This document shows, one piece after another, positions 19,039 to 28,720 of a stretch of DNA of 64,000 bases. Each line of letters starts with the position of its first letter. The stretch's first letter is position 1. The DNA is from a virus. The position numbers and the translations under genes were made by a program. The stretch is taken from IMG/VR virus record IMGVR_UViG_3300027759_003534, positions 1 to 64,000 of that record; one strand, 5' to 3'. The notes under the pieces are model-generated. The model saw only the letters and a list, made by a program, of their open reading frames with translations, was not told where the DNA came from and made no database searches.

Positions 19039-19658
19039 ACAGTAATTATGAGTGTTTTGAGCTTACAGTTATTAAAATGCCATCGTTTAGCATTACTTGA
19101 ATCAGCTGTTGTTTGGCAATGTGGGCAAGTTAAAAGTTTTCTAGTTTTTGTATGCGGGCCCGTTGGCTGTCTCATTTTAGATAAGGCTTCTTCACTATGG
19201 GTCTTGCCCGCAAATGTTCCAGGTTTGCCAAAGCGAGGATTTAGTTCTCCAACAAGCCTGCCTTTCATACATTCAGATTGTTCGGGTCGTTTTTTTCCAG
19301 TTAGCATCTTGCTAAATTCTGGACGCTTTCTGCCATACAGAGGAGATTCTTCACCTTTCTTTGCTATGCGTCCGGATGCCCCGTCACCCCCGTCTGTCTT
19401 GTTTAACAGAATGCCGGTGTTAATGTCTTTACGGCCCCACCATTGTATAAGTCTACGCTCAATGGCAAATGCACCAATTTCAGTTAAATTAGATTCAAGT
19501 ATTATTATTTTGCTACTGTCCTTTGGAACAGTAATATTATGTTTTTCAACTGCCCTGATATCTTTGCCCTTACCTATATAATAAGGTGTCAGGTTAGACT
19601 TTCGTAGATAAGCATAAACATAATAACCAGATGGTGGGTGTTTTTTGTTAAATATCAT
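19035..19658 (-). mobile_element. Free-standing GIY-YIG homing endonuclease with NUMOD3 repeats
   Basis: YYVYAY..., PYYIGKG...R, E.RLI..WGR, N.TDGGDG, GE.NP.FGK, HSEE...KM, CPHC. Start ATG 19658 has SD AAGGAG 8 nt upstream. Confidence 0.88.
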
Positions 19659-19666
19659 TGCTGGCA

Positions 19667-19725
19667 CTCCTTTACAGTGTTAGAGTAGTTGGATGTTGAC
19701 GCATCGCGAACTACACCTTTATTTA
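19667..19725 (-). promoter_or_regulatory. Late-type promoter, bulged hairpin and SD leader of the second GIY-YIG gene
   Basis: TAAATA at 19720-19725; GTAGTT/AACTAC outer stem (19685-19714) with inner GATG/CATC stem; AAGGAG at 19667-19672. Confidence 0.6.
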
Positions 19726-20436
19726 TTGCCCTAAGTTAAATTTCATCCCAGTAGCTTGTTCTACAGCAGTCATAGTTGTTTGGTATTTAGGCCAGTCTGT
19801 TGCTGGATTGATAGGACCATTGGGCATAAGATATGCTTGGACTTGACGACTATTTTTTTCAATAATGATTTTGTATAGGCGAGTAGGAATACCAAGTCCA
19901 TTTCCTACAACAGGGTGGCCTTGGTCATAAATGCCACCACTGATAATATAGAAATCTGTTCCAGGTGTTGCGGCCCATTGGCGTTCAGCGGATTCTAGTA
20001 AACGCCACGCACCACGATTGTTGTTGGCCACTTGTGCTACCATGTTGCTTAGAAAGAAGCTTTCACTCATGATAGCATCCGTCTGTGTGTTATTCCCAGC
20101 AGGGGCCATATGCCCACGATCGTGTGTGCGGCCTACAGTGGCATAGTCTGCTAGGGTGGCACTGCAAGCTGGAGTTACCTGTGGGTCTGGGCGAAAGTCA
20201 TTTTTTCGTTTGGCTGGGCCAGTCATGGCGGCCATGGTCAACCGTTCAAACACTGCCACAGGTGCTTTTACACTACAACGATGAATTACCGCATAGTTGG
20301 TGTGGCAAATTTCTTGGTCGCCTGGGCCAGCTTGGTATTCGGGTGTGCCGTTCACCGTAAACTGTGGGCATTGTTGGTTGATCTGTGCTAATGCAATTAA
20401 CGGTGAAAAAAGTAATACAAGTAATAATTTTTTCAT
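19723..20436 (-). CDS. DNA/RNA non-specific endonuclease (NucA/Serratia family) with Sec-type signal peptide
   Basis: DRGHMAPA active site, ESF.LSNM..Q..N.NRG.W..LE, IPT..YK. N-terminus MKKLLLVLLFSPLIALA from ATG 20436. Confidence 0.9.
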   Translation of the reverse strand: MKKLLLVLLFSPLIALAQINQQCPQFTVNGTPEYQAGPGDQEICHTNYAVIHRCSVKAPVAVFERLTMAAMTGPAKRKNDFRPDPQVTPACSATLADYATVGRTHDRGHMAPAGNNTQTDAIMSESFFLSNMVAQVANNNRGAWRLLESAERQWAATPGTDFYIISGGIYDQGHPVVGNGLGIPTRLYKIIIEKNSRQVQAYLMPNGPINPATDWPKYQTTMTAVEQATGMKFNLGQ

Positions 20437-20446
20437 GGTTGGTTGA

Positions 20447-21976
20447 TTAGGCAAAAACTGCTGACGCAAAAATATTGCCGGTAGTGGTTCCAGTGCTGTA
20501 GTAGGTAATTACTGATGTGGTTTGTTGTGTTACTGTTATGGTGTTATCACCTTGCATGTTTACTGAGCTTATACCAGCCGTGACAACGTCAGTGTCGCCA
20601 GCTGATGTGTTGGTAGCAATTAGTGTGATTGTTCTACCTGCAATAATATTAGAAAATCCCACAGTAAAGTTATTGGTGAAGATGCATTTTACAATGTCGT
20701 CTGTGGTCACATTAAGTGTTAGAGTTGTACTGCTAACATCACCTGCATCTCTAACACCTTGTGTGACTAATCCAGTGTAATTAGTGGCTAAAACATTACC
20801 ACCAGTGATGTTGCCAGTGGAACTAATCAAGCCACCAGTTAGAACATTGCCTCCAGTAATATTAGTAGTAGCACTTATAATGCCGCCAGTCAGAATATTG
20901 CCTCCAGTAACGTTGGCAGTGGCACTTATAATACCACCGGTTAGAACATTACCACCGGCAATATTGGCCGCGGAAGTAATATTGCCAGTGGCACTTGCTG
21001 TTCCGGCTGTGGTAAATTTAGTAGCAGTCACGCCATTGGCCACAGTGATGTTGGCTACTTCTACACGATTATTGGCAGTATTTCCAACCGGAGTAACAAT
21101 AAAGTTTAGAGCACTGCCTTGAGCTGTAGTTGTTTGATTTTCAAGAGCACGGAATTGTATCTGCGCCATAGCCACATTACCTACACCAGCGTCTGTGGCC
21201 GCTGTGGCATTGATACGTAGTACATCTTCATTGGCTAGGACCTGAGTTGGCGTCTCCACATTGCCGTTCCATCGGCGTGCTACCAATGCCACATAGTCAC
21301 TGTTACCATCAATGTATGTTCGACATGGAGTATCTAACTGACCGGTAATATGTAACATGGCACCTGTGATGCCAGGAGGAATACTATTGCCGCTAGTGGT
21401 TCCAATAATTTGCATGGCGCCTTGAACATCAGCTGTAGGCACAAGAAATGTTACTTGACCGTCCGCGGTAAATTGTGCATATCTGTTGGCAGTGGCAGGC
21501 GGAAGTCCATCAACTTTATAAAAACCAACATTGCCAACTAACTGTATCTCTGCTGAGCCGTCGGTGGCCAGGATCATATTTTCGTTAGAGTTAACAATTG
21601 AGAGAATGTTGGTATTGGCGTAGAAATCGCCAAACGAGAATTCTAAATTAGCCGAGTCGATTGTAAGCAGGCCGGTGTCTGAAATGTTGGCGCCAGGTCC
21701 GGCGCGAACTCCGCCAATTTTTGTATTACTTGCAGCTGAAATATTTCCACCAATTACCAAATTGCCAGTAATGGTTCCACTGTTGGCAGTGATTGTGTTG
21801 AGTGAAAGATTGGCGCTTGGGGCTAGAGTAATAGGAATACCACCTGCGGTATTACCATTGCTGTAGTAAAAGGCGTTAGTGTCTGGATTCCACCAAATGC
21901 GATCTTGTTGACCTACATAGGTGGCGGCATTGGCATTATTATCTCTGCTGGTGAATAAATTTTGAATGAAGCTCAT
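20447..21976 (-). CDS. Putative virion structural/fibre protein
   Basis: 509 aa, Thr/Asn/Gly-rich, with GNITGGNILTGG repeats like those in the fibre genes. Confidence 0.55.
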   Translation of the reverse strand: MSFIQNLFTSRDNNANAATYVGQQDRIWWNPDTNAFYYSNGNTAGGIPITLAPSANLSLNTITANSGTITGNLVIGGNISAASNTKIGGVRAGPGANISDTGLLTIDSANLEFSFGDFYANTNILSIVNSNENMILATDGSAEIQLVGNVGFYKVDGLPPATANRYAQFTADGQVTFLVPTADVQGAMQIIGTTSGNSIPPGITGAMLHITGQLDTPCRTYIDGNSDYVALVARRWNGNVETPTQVLANEDVLRINATAATDAGVGNVAMAQIQFRALENQTTTAQGSALNFIVTPVGNTANNRVEVANITVANGVTATKFTTAGTASATGNITSAANIAGGNVLTGGIISATANVTGGNILTGGIISATTNITGGNVLTGGLISSTGNITGGNVLATNYTGLVTQGVRDAGDVSSTTLTLNVTTDDIVKCIFTNNFTVGFSNIIAGRTITLIATNTSAGDTDVVTAGISSVNMQGDNTITVTQQTTSVITYYSTGTTTGNIFASAVFA

Positions 21977-21987
21977 GTTAGAGCCCC

Positions 21988-22413
21988 TTAATCGTCAAAG
22001 ACTTCGTCGTTGCTGAGTTCTTGGATTGCGGCTACAGGAACACCGGCCATGCGCTTGATCTGGTCTAGTATATCCAGTTGTGCTGGATCAGGTGCTTCTG
22101 CGTTTTCATCGCTGGCATCGCCTGGGCGTCCGTCATCGTACACGTTTTCTACGCCCACTGCTTTTTTAAGTAACTCTTGTTTTTGCTGTAATGGCGGAAG
22201 GAACAATTCTTCTGGTTCTCGATCGTTGCCACTGGCTGTAGTGCCGTTTGGACTGGGCTTGTCATCTGTGTCTGTGTCAACTACTACTATGTTCTGTCCT
22301 GTGGGGACGGCTTGTAGTTCAGCTGGATTTTGTAGGGCTGGATCAGGTTGACCACCTTGACTGTGTCCATCAATATTGTCGGCTAATCTGCGCAAAATGT
22401 CTGCAATTTTCAT
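21988..22413 (-). CDS. Hypothetical late protein
   Basis: 141 aa, MKIADIL N-terminus, SD AAGGA, TAAATA at 22433-22438. Confidence 0.55.
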   Translation of the reverse strand: MKIADILRRLADNIDGHSQGGQPDPALQNPAELQAVPTGQNIVVVDTDTDDKPSPNGTTASGNDREPEELFLPPLQQKQELLKKAVGVENVYDDGRPGDASDENAEAPDPAQLDILDQIKRMAGVPVAAIQELSNDEVFDD

Positions 22414-22440
22414 ATCTTTGTCCTTGATCTTTTATTTAGC

Positions 22441-22827
22441 TTATCTTGGATAGCCCTTGAATGCCTTTAAAGGACTTGTAGTATCAACAAATGCTGGCTC
22501 TTTACTGTCGGCTGTGCTTACTAGCTCTTTGCCGCCTTGGGTATCAGTCATTGCAAGTGCTTGATCAATAATTTGTTCAATACTGTTGTTCATACCAACT
22601 ACCACTCCGTGTTCACCAAATGCTGTTTTTGCTGTCCACGCTGGCATGTCTTTAGTTAGCCCGTCTGTGCCAGCGTCGCTTCTTGCTCGAGCCATAGCCA
22701 CACCAAAACGATAATTGTTGTAGGGATCGCTAGCACTGAGTCCAGGAATTACATAGGTGTAATGCATTGGATCAGCTAGTTCTGGCGCAAGCTCTCGTTC
22801 TTCAGTGATAAACTCACGGGCTCTCAT
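22441..22827 (-). CDS. Putative internal head protein (paralog A)
   Basis: Starts MRAREFITE, ends SPLKAFKGYPR; paralog of the neighbour. Confidence 0.5.
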   Translation of the reverse strand: MRAREFITEERELAPELADPMHYTYVIPGLSASDPYNNYRFGVAMARARSDAGTDGLTKDMPAWTAKTAFGEHGVVVGMNNSIEQIIDQALAMTDTQGGKELVSTADSKEPAFVDTTSPLKAFKGYPR

Positions 22828-23195
22828 CTTGGGTAGCCTTTAAATCCTGTAACTGGGCTGCGTTTATTTGTTGAATTTAATTCTTTGCTTTTTAAATCAC
22901 CGTGATTGAGATCTTTGTAATCAGAGCCCACGGCCTGAAATGCTTTTTCTAACATGTCTTGTTCAACATCGGTGTAGGGCATGGCCACGTTGTAACGTCC
23001 TGCCCAAGATTCATGATCTGTATCTGGAACAAATGTACCATCGGTACTGGCCGCAGCCATCATAACACGATTGAGTTCATAAACTCGATCAGCTAGATCT
23101 GTGTCTCTAAACTTGTTAAGTCCAACTGTAGCTTGACTTTTTCGTTGACCAATCTTGCCAGCATGTTTCTCAATGAGAAACTCTTGAGCTCGCAT
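22824..23195 (-). CDS. Putative internal head protein (paralog B)
   Basis: Starts MRAQEFLIE, ends SPVTGFKGYPR; ATGA overlap with paralog A. Confidence 0.5.
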   Translation of the reverse strand: MRAQEFLIEKHAGKIGQRKSQATVGLNKFRDTDLADRVYELNRVMMAAASTDGTFVPDTDHESWAGRYNVAMPYTDVEQDMLEKAFQAVGSDYKDLNHGDLKSKELNSTNKRSPVTGFKGYPR

Positions 23196-23197
23196 GA

Positions 23198-23491
23198 TTA
23201 GGTTCCAGCGGCGTTGTAGACACCTGATTGTGCTGAACTGGCTGTGCCCAATGCTCTAGCAGTAAATGTAGTACCTACCATGATCAGGTAGTTGCCGGCA
23301 CCAACATAAATCTCCCGTGTGCTTCCGTTGGGAACACTGACCACGTTGGCGTACAAGTTGCCCACTGGAGCAGCATTACCTAGGCCCTTGGCATACACTT
23401 GATAGGTAACATCTGCACTGTTGGCATTAATTTCTGCTTTGTCTGTGGTCCATGTTACGTTACCTGCAGCGTTGATTACTTGAATAGCCAT
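23198..23491 (-). CDS. Small hypothetical virion protein
   Basis: 97-aa beta-rich ORF, tightly packed in the late operon. Confidence 0.5.
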   Translation of the reverse strand: MAIQVINAAGNVTWTTDKAEINANSADVTYQVYAKGLGNAAPVGNLYANVVSVPNGSTREIYVGAGNYLIMVGTTFTARALGTASSAQSGVYNAAGT

Positions 23492-23496
23492 GTTGA

Positions 23497-25449
23497 TTAA
23501 CCTTTATAATTTTTCCAAGTCTTGAATAAACTACGCTCAAGCTCTGCTGATTCTTCCATACTGGCTTGGCGACGTAGCTGGCTAGCAACAACAGGAATAG
23601 TTGTTTGTCCAGTTGATTTAGGACCGTTTAGCCCACCTGAATATGTACGCAATTCCGGTTGGGCTGCCAGTGTTTCTGTGTTGGTTGGCCAGTCTGGATC
23701 GTTTAATGTTTCATCGGTATCGCCGTAGGCTTCATCAACTGTTTGCTCGCACCCACATGGTGATGCACCACATGTTCCGCAGGCTTCTTGTGCCTGGCCA
23801 TGTAGGCCTGCCATTTTTAACAATGCAGCTAATTGATCAGCTTCAGCGCCTTCGGCTGTAACAGTGATACTCTTATGAGACTCACCGTCTTCACCAGCTG
23901 TCATGTTTACTGTAATATTCATGCCTTCAGTAATCATTGACTCGACTTGGTTGTTAAAACCTTCATAAACACCTTTGCCAAATTGCATACCACCAGCGGA
24001 TTTCTTAGCGGTGGTTGGTGCTGTAGCTACTGATCCGGCCACTGTTGTTTCATCAACTTTGTCTTCTTTCTTTTTCTTACCACCCATTTCATCTTTGCCA
24101 AGACGTCCAGCAACAACATCACCTTGTGTAACTTTGTCGTATGGTTTAGCATTGTTGGCCAAGTTGCCATCACCTTTGCCTTCATCGGCCTTTTTGACTT
24201 TTTTAGGAAGACCTTTTTCTTTGGTTGCGGCAAAATCACGTGTGTCACTGGGCTTCATTGTTTTAGCAACTTTTTTCAACTCAGGACTTGCACCTTTGAT
24301 TTTTTCACCTTTTTGGATAGCGTGAGCCATGCCCATAAACTTGCGTTGAGCCTTGCTGACTGATTTTTCAGCCACGGGTTCCATATGTTGTTCCGCATCA
24401 CGCTCGTGTGTGCTCAACATATAATCAGTGACGCTACTCATCATGCCTTTAATTTGGCCAATCTTTTCTTGTACCCACTCTGGCAAGTTTTCGTTACTAC
24501 GCAAGGCACGTTCAAGTTCTTTGGCACTACGAACAATAGTATGCAAAGAGTCTTTGGTCATACCAGCTTCGTCATTGTATTCAGCCTGCTCGCCTGGGTC
24601 AACGTTTTCACTGCTCATATTTGAAGGTCGTGTCATCATAACGCCATCACTGTCTAAATCTTCTTGGGTCTTAGCAGGACGGCCGGCTTTGTACTTGTAG
24701 CTCTTGGCTGTCACACGCTCTGGACCTTTGTCCTTGCCTTTTGGACGGCCACGGCGAGCAGGAGCTCCGCCGGTGGCTTCTGGATCTGTTTCTGGGTCGT
24801 CAAATGTTTCTGGCTTGCGAGTATAAACTGTACCTGTGGATACTTTTCGTTTGTCAAAACGTCCAGTACCTTTTTCTTTTTCACGGCTGGCCAACCAAGC
24901 ATCCATTTCTTTGAAACCTTCTTCAAGATCACCGGTATCTGTAAACTCTTTATTGCCCAACTTGAACTTTTCACCCTTTGGTGTTGCTTTAAGTTTGGCC
25001 GTAAATGCATTGCCTTCGTCAGCTATACCCTGACTCTCATCATACTTGTCATACTTGTTGCGAATGTTGCTCATAGTCTTGGCACTGGCATGCTCACGGC
25101 CGGCTTTTTGTAAAGCCTTCATACCTTGATCGCCGTATTTCTTTTTGCCAATGGCAGCTTGAAAAGCACTTTCTTCCATGTCGCTTTCTTCAACTTGCCC
25201 CTTGGCTCTCATTTTTGCCAACTGTGCTCCGGCAATCCGTGCACCTTTTTCACCGCCGCCTGTTTTCTTAGCCAAGGCTGCAAAACCTGTTGTGGCATTG
25301 TTGTGCTTGCCTAGGTCACGCTCGTTGAGTGCTTGAGCCAACTTGCTCTTGGGCTGAGGAGCCGGTACTGCATGCTCTGCAAGTTGTTCTGCGTCTTGTT
25401 TGCTAGATAGTGTGGCCAATCTCTTGTTTAAGTCGTAAAAAAATGTCAT
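23497..25449 (-). CDS. Large charged low-complexity protein, probable prohead core/internal protein
   Basis: 650 aa with alternating Lys-rich and acidic segments and many candidate Glu cleavage sites (VEE, LEE, VAE, VDE, ITE). Confidence 0.5.
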   Translation of the reverse strand: MTFFYDLNKRLATLSSKQDAEQLAEHAVPAPQPKSKLAQALNERDLGKHNNATTGFAALAKKTGGGEKGARIAGAQLAKMRAKGQVEESDMEESAFQAAIGKKKYGDQGMKALQKAGREHASAKTMSNIRNKYDKYDESQGIADEGNAFTAKLKATPKGEKFKLGNKEFTDTGDLEEGFKEMDAWLASREKEKGTGRFDKRKVSTGTVYTRKPETFDDPETDPEATGGAPARRGRPKGKDKGPERVTAKSYKYKAGRPAKTQEDLDSDGVMMTRPSNMSSENVDPGEQAEYNDEAGMTKDSLHTIVRSAKELERALRSNENLPEWVQEKIGQIKGMMSSVTDYMLSTHERDAEQHMEPVAEKSVSKAQRKFMGMAHAIQKGEKIKGASPELKKVAKTMKPSDTRDFAATKEKGLPKKVKKADEGKGDGNLANNAKPYDKVTQGDVVAGRLGKDEMGGKKKKEDKVDETTVAGSVATAPTTAKKSAGGMQFGKGVYEGFNNQVESMITEGMNITVNMTAGEDGESHKSITVTAEGAEADQLAALLKMAGLHGQAQEACGTCGASPCGCEQTVDEAYGDTDETLNDPDWPTNTETLAAQPELRTYSGGLNGPKSTGQTTIPVVASQLRRQASMEESAELERSLFKTWKNYKG

Positions 25450-25453
25450 TCTG

Positions 25454-26059
25454 TTATCCTCTTGGGTTTGCGCCGGTGGCCGGACGTGGTGGTCTCTTGA
25501 CCTTGGTCATTGGGCTGTCATTACCCATTGGCAAATCGTTTGTAGTTTCAGCAGGAGGTGTCTTGCCACCAGCCACGGTAAAATCACTACGGTATGTGTT
25601 CTTCAATACTGCATGCTCATCATACGGAGCACTATAATCCGCAATTAATGCTTTTTGTTCTGCGGTGTCAGCAGGGTAATCTGTGTCCAACAAGTTTTTG
25701 TTCTGTGCCGCAACACGCTCACGCTCTGAATCCATACCTTCTTCATGCGGGGTGGTCAACATAATAATTCTGTTTGGATCCATCATTAACAATTGAGCAA
25801 TCTGTTTGATCTGTGGCTCAATAGCTGGATAGCGGAATTCCACATCCATACTAGTCACACTATCGTTGCTGTGCTTAGGAAAGTCAGCTGGTTGCAGTTG
25901 CACCGGTGTAGTTTTTGGCTTGGTGATTTTTACAACGTCAAACTGTGCAAGTTTTTCTTCCAGCTGTTTAACGAAATCAGGAGCAACATCACCTACAATT
26001 TTGATACGATAATTGTAGGTTCTTTCTGATTCTGCGAGGTATTGTTGAAAATTTTTCAT
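25454..26059 (-). CDS. Hypothetical protein with capsid-targeting-like N-terminus
   Basis: Starts MKNFQQYLAE (compare T4 CTS MKTYQEFIAE); TAAATA at 26079-26084. Confidence 0.55.
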   Translation of the reverse strand: MKNFQQYLAESERTYNYRIKIVGDVAPDFVKQLEEKLAQFDVVKITKPKTTPVQLQPADFPKHSNDSVTSMDVEFRYPAIEPQIKQIAQLLMMDPNRIIMLTTPHEEGMDSERERVAAQNKNLLDTDYPADTAEQKALIADYSAPYDEHAVLKNTYRSDFTVAGGKTPPAETTNDLPMGNDSPMTKVKRPPRPATGANPRG

Positions 26060-26087
26060 CGGTTAGGTTCCTATATGATATTTATGC

Positions 26088-26579
26088 TTATTCAGTTTTT
26101 TGGTCTCTTGAGGTTGCCAAGCGTTCCAATAAATCGTTACGATTTAATACGTGTCCGTGTGCTGTTTCCATGGTATCTTCGGGTGCATTTTTTGCTGCAT
26201 CTTGATCTAGTTTGAGTTTTTTCATCTGTAGATCCAGCATTTTTAATTTTTTGTTTAGCTTGGTTGTCTTGGCAGTGAGTGCATGCCCTAACATTGTACT
26301 GGCCACTGCAAACAGCTCACTAGCATAACGACTATCCACATTAAAGCCTAAATCACTAAGATTTTGGTAGCTTTCTTTGGCCATGTCAGCAATGTCGTCC
26401 AGCTCGCGATCACTGGCGTCTAAGTCACGGATAGCTGGCAGTGCGGCGTCAATTTTGTCAATGGTGTTGTCTATTTCCACAATGGCAGCACGGGTTTCTG
26501 CTGTGGTCAGGGCCGGCTCTTCCTGGACACTTTCGTCTGTGGGTGGAAAATCAAAAAGAGATTCTAATTTACGAGTCAT
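26088..26579 (-). CDS. Helical hypothetical protein (possible small terminase-like)
   Basis: 163 aa, predicted coiled/helical, late promoter 4 nt upstream. Function is a guess from size and position only. Confidence 0.3.
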   Translation of the reverse strand: MTRKLESLFDFPPTDESVQEEPALTTAETRAAIVEIDNTIDKIDAALPAIRDLDASDRELDDIADMAKESYQNLSDLGFNVDSRYASELFAVASTMLGHALTAKTTKLNKKLKMLDLQMKKLKLDQDAAKNAPEDTMETAHGHVLNRNDLLERLATSRDQKTE

Positions 26580-26582
26580 GAC

Positions 26583-27026
26583 CTATTTACCGGTCTTTTT
26601 ATTGCCCTGATGATAAATTTGATCTTCGTTAATCACCCGAAAGGTAAGTCCATTTTTCTTGGCCCATTTAGTTGCCTGGTCCCACTTGGCGTAATTTACA
26701 GCCACAATTGCCCGCTCGTTGGCGTTCATTTTGCTTTCAATTAGACTTTGTTTTTTGGGTTTGATTTCTATCAGTTCTGCCTTGGTGGTGTTATTAGGAC
26801 CGCGATAGGTCACTAAAAAGTCAGGCACATACATGCTTGGCTTGCCAGTGAGCGGATTACGATAAGGTATGCTAACGCTTTCACTGGCCCATTGTAGGAC
26901 ATTTTCGTTGGAATCTAAAAATATCATAAATGTAAGTTCCCAGCCGGATCTGTATCTTGGTGTGCCACGACCCACATACTTGGCGGTGTTCTTGACAGTG
27001 TAAGCGCCTTGACGATAATTGGCCAT
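26583..27026 (-). CDS. 4: Head completion nuclease gp4 (TnsA-like PD-(D/E)xK)
   Basis: YRSGWE..FM..LD.N..V..W.SE, Y.PDF.V, IEIKP..Q, N.AKW..A..W. Confidence 0.88.
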   Translation of the reverse strand: MANYRQGAYTVKNTAKYVGRGTPRYRSGWELTFMIFLDSNENVLQWASESVSIPYRNPLTGKPSMYVPDFLVTYRGPNNTTKAELIEIKPKKQSLIESKMNANERAIVAVNYAKWDQATKWAKKNGLTFRVINEDQIYHQGNKKTGK

Positions 27027-27029
27027 GTG

Positions 27030-27389
27030 TCAAATCCTGATGTTTCTAGCGACGTAATAGTTGGGTTGAGTGGGCACATTGAGTCCCAACAAGGTGCTTC
27101 TGCTTCTAATACCGTTTAGATAATAGGCCAAAGACAAGGTAAGTTCAGGAGCACTTTGCCCTTGGAATTGTTGTAACAAGGTCATTACAGGAATTTTAGT
27201 TGCGTGACTAATGCGGAACACACTTACAGTAAAATTACCTGCGGCTTCGGCTGAGCCAAATACTGATCGAAAATAACTCAATACAGCATCATACGCATCC
27301 ACAGGTACCTGCTGTTGATACCCGTAAAATCGATCAAAGATTTGTACGGTTAAATCAGTTTTGTTATTAATGGCATTTACTGAAGCCAT
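27030..27389 (-). CDS. Hypothetical virion protein
   Basis: 119-aa ORF in the tail operon. Confidence 0.5.
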   Translation of the reverse strand: MASVNAINNKTDLTVQIFDRFYGYQQQVPVDAYDAVLSYFRSVFGSAEAAGNFTVSVFRISHATKIPVMTLLQQFQGQSAPELTLSLAYYLNGIRSRSTLLGLNVPTQPNYYVARNIRI

Positions 27390-27391
27390 GA

Positions 27392-28714
27392 TTAGTATGC
27401 CGCATCATTGTAAGCATTATACTCAGGCGTGGCCTCAGGTGCAACATCTTCGTCAACTTCGGCAGCACGATATAAGGTTCCATCTTTGAATGTATTGCCG
27501 TTGGTATCAGTGGTATAGTCTGGTGTTGGGAATAGGAATCCGCCAACTGCGCCAGCGGCTTGTCTTGCAGCAGCTATGGTTCCGCCGGCTAGTGCTGGGG
27601 CAAGTCCAGACAATATTCCTTGTGTGAATGCACCACTTCCTGCCAGCGCAGCACCAGCAAATGCTGCAGCTGTTGGTACCAGTCCTTGACCAACTGCGCC
27701 GAGAACATTTTTTAATCCGCCCTGAGAATTGGCTTGTAAGTCTTGTTTGTTACCAGTTGGACTACTTCTAAGAGTGCCCTGGAACATTACAGTGTCGGTG
27801 CTGCCGTTACCGGCAATTGAACTCTTATTGGTATCGTAGTAGGCTCCGTCGGCAAATCCTGGAACCGGATCACTTGGTGTTGCGCCGCCTATTGCGCCTG
27901 AATAATATTTGACATTTTCGTACTTGATGCTCATGGTGTGTGTCATTAGTCCGTTGCCTTGACTATAATCGTAAGTGTCGTGGGTCCACGAATCAATCAA
28001 GGGATTAATCATGGTATACTGTGCATAACTTTTTTGACTCATGCCGTATATGGTAATGTCACGAAAGAATGGTTCTTGACCACTAGCAGGGCCAGTTAGT
28101 AACGAAGTTGATAAACTTTGTAAACTAGGATTATTATAACCTTGACCACTAAGGCCCCAATGCTGTATACTCCTACTAGGAGAATATATATCGTTAGCAG
28201 TATAGCTGGCGCCACCGAACACATCTGGTACCTGTATTTGCCCTAGCGTACCGCTTTGATTAGGAGTGTTGCCATATTTGTAGATAGGATCACTGTAGTA
28301 GTATTGATAGTATTGATACCACATGTTACGCACAAGATCACTTGAATCATCATTGAATACAATTTGACATGGATTATAATTAATCTTTGTCTGGACCAGA
28401 CGCTTGCGATTATACTGGTTCATCTGGGCCACATCAATTGAGTAGCCTGGTAACTGTGCGGTCTTGACCGTAAGGCTAATTAGTGGCCCATTACTGCCAT
28501 TATTAGACACAAAATTTGCTACTGCAGGTATATTAGTGTTTAAATTAAAATAAACATGAAATAAAAACTTGTTGCGAGGAGCAAGAGCATACCCATTGGA
28601 TCTAAAAGTCTTAGCAGCATGAGTATAGTCCATTGCTGGACCAGTCCATTGACCTGGGTCTGGTGGTGCGCTTGGTTCAAGCGGTCTAAGATTGTCTTGG
28701 CCAAAGTAAGCCAT
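27392..28714 (-). CDS. Tail-tube-like / baseplate tube initiator protein
   Basis: VKTAQLPGYSI...NQYNRKR..QTKINY.P..I.F.DD, a gp19-like fold; directly downstream of the tube gene. Confidence 0.6.
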   Translation of the reverse strand: MAYFGQDNLRPLEPSAPPDPGQWTGPAMDYTHAAKTFRSNGYALAPRNKFLFHVYFNLNTNIPAVANFVSNNGSNGPLISLTVKTAQLPGYSIDVAQMNQYNRKRLVQTKINYNPCQIVFNDDSSDLVRNMWYQYYQYYYSDPIYKYGNTPNQSGTLGQIQVPDVFGGASYTANDIYSPSRSIQHWGLSGQGYNNPSLQSLSTSLLTGPASGQEPFFRDITIYGMSQKSYAQYTMINPLIDSWTHDTYDYSQGNGLMTHTMSIKYENVKYYSGAIGGATPSDPVPGFADGAYYDTNKSSIAGNGSTDTVMFQGTLRSSPTGNKQDLQANSQGGLKNVLGAVGQGLVPTAAAFAGAALAGSGAFTQGILSGLAPALAGGTIAAARQAAGAVGGFLFPTPDYTTDTNGNTFKDGTLYRAAEVDEDVAPEATPEYNAYNDAAY

Positions 28715-28720
28715 AGGCTA

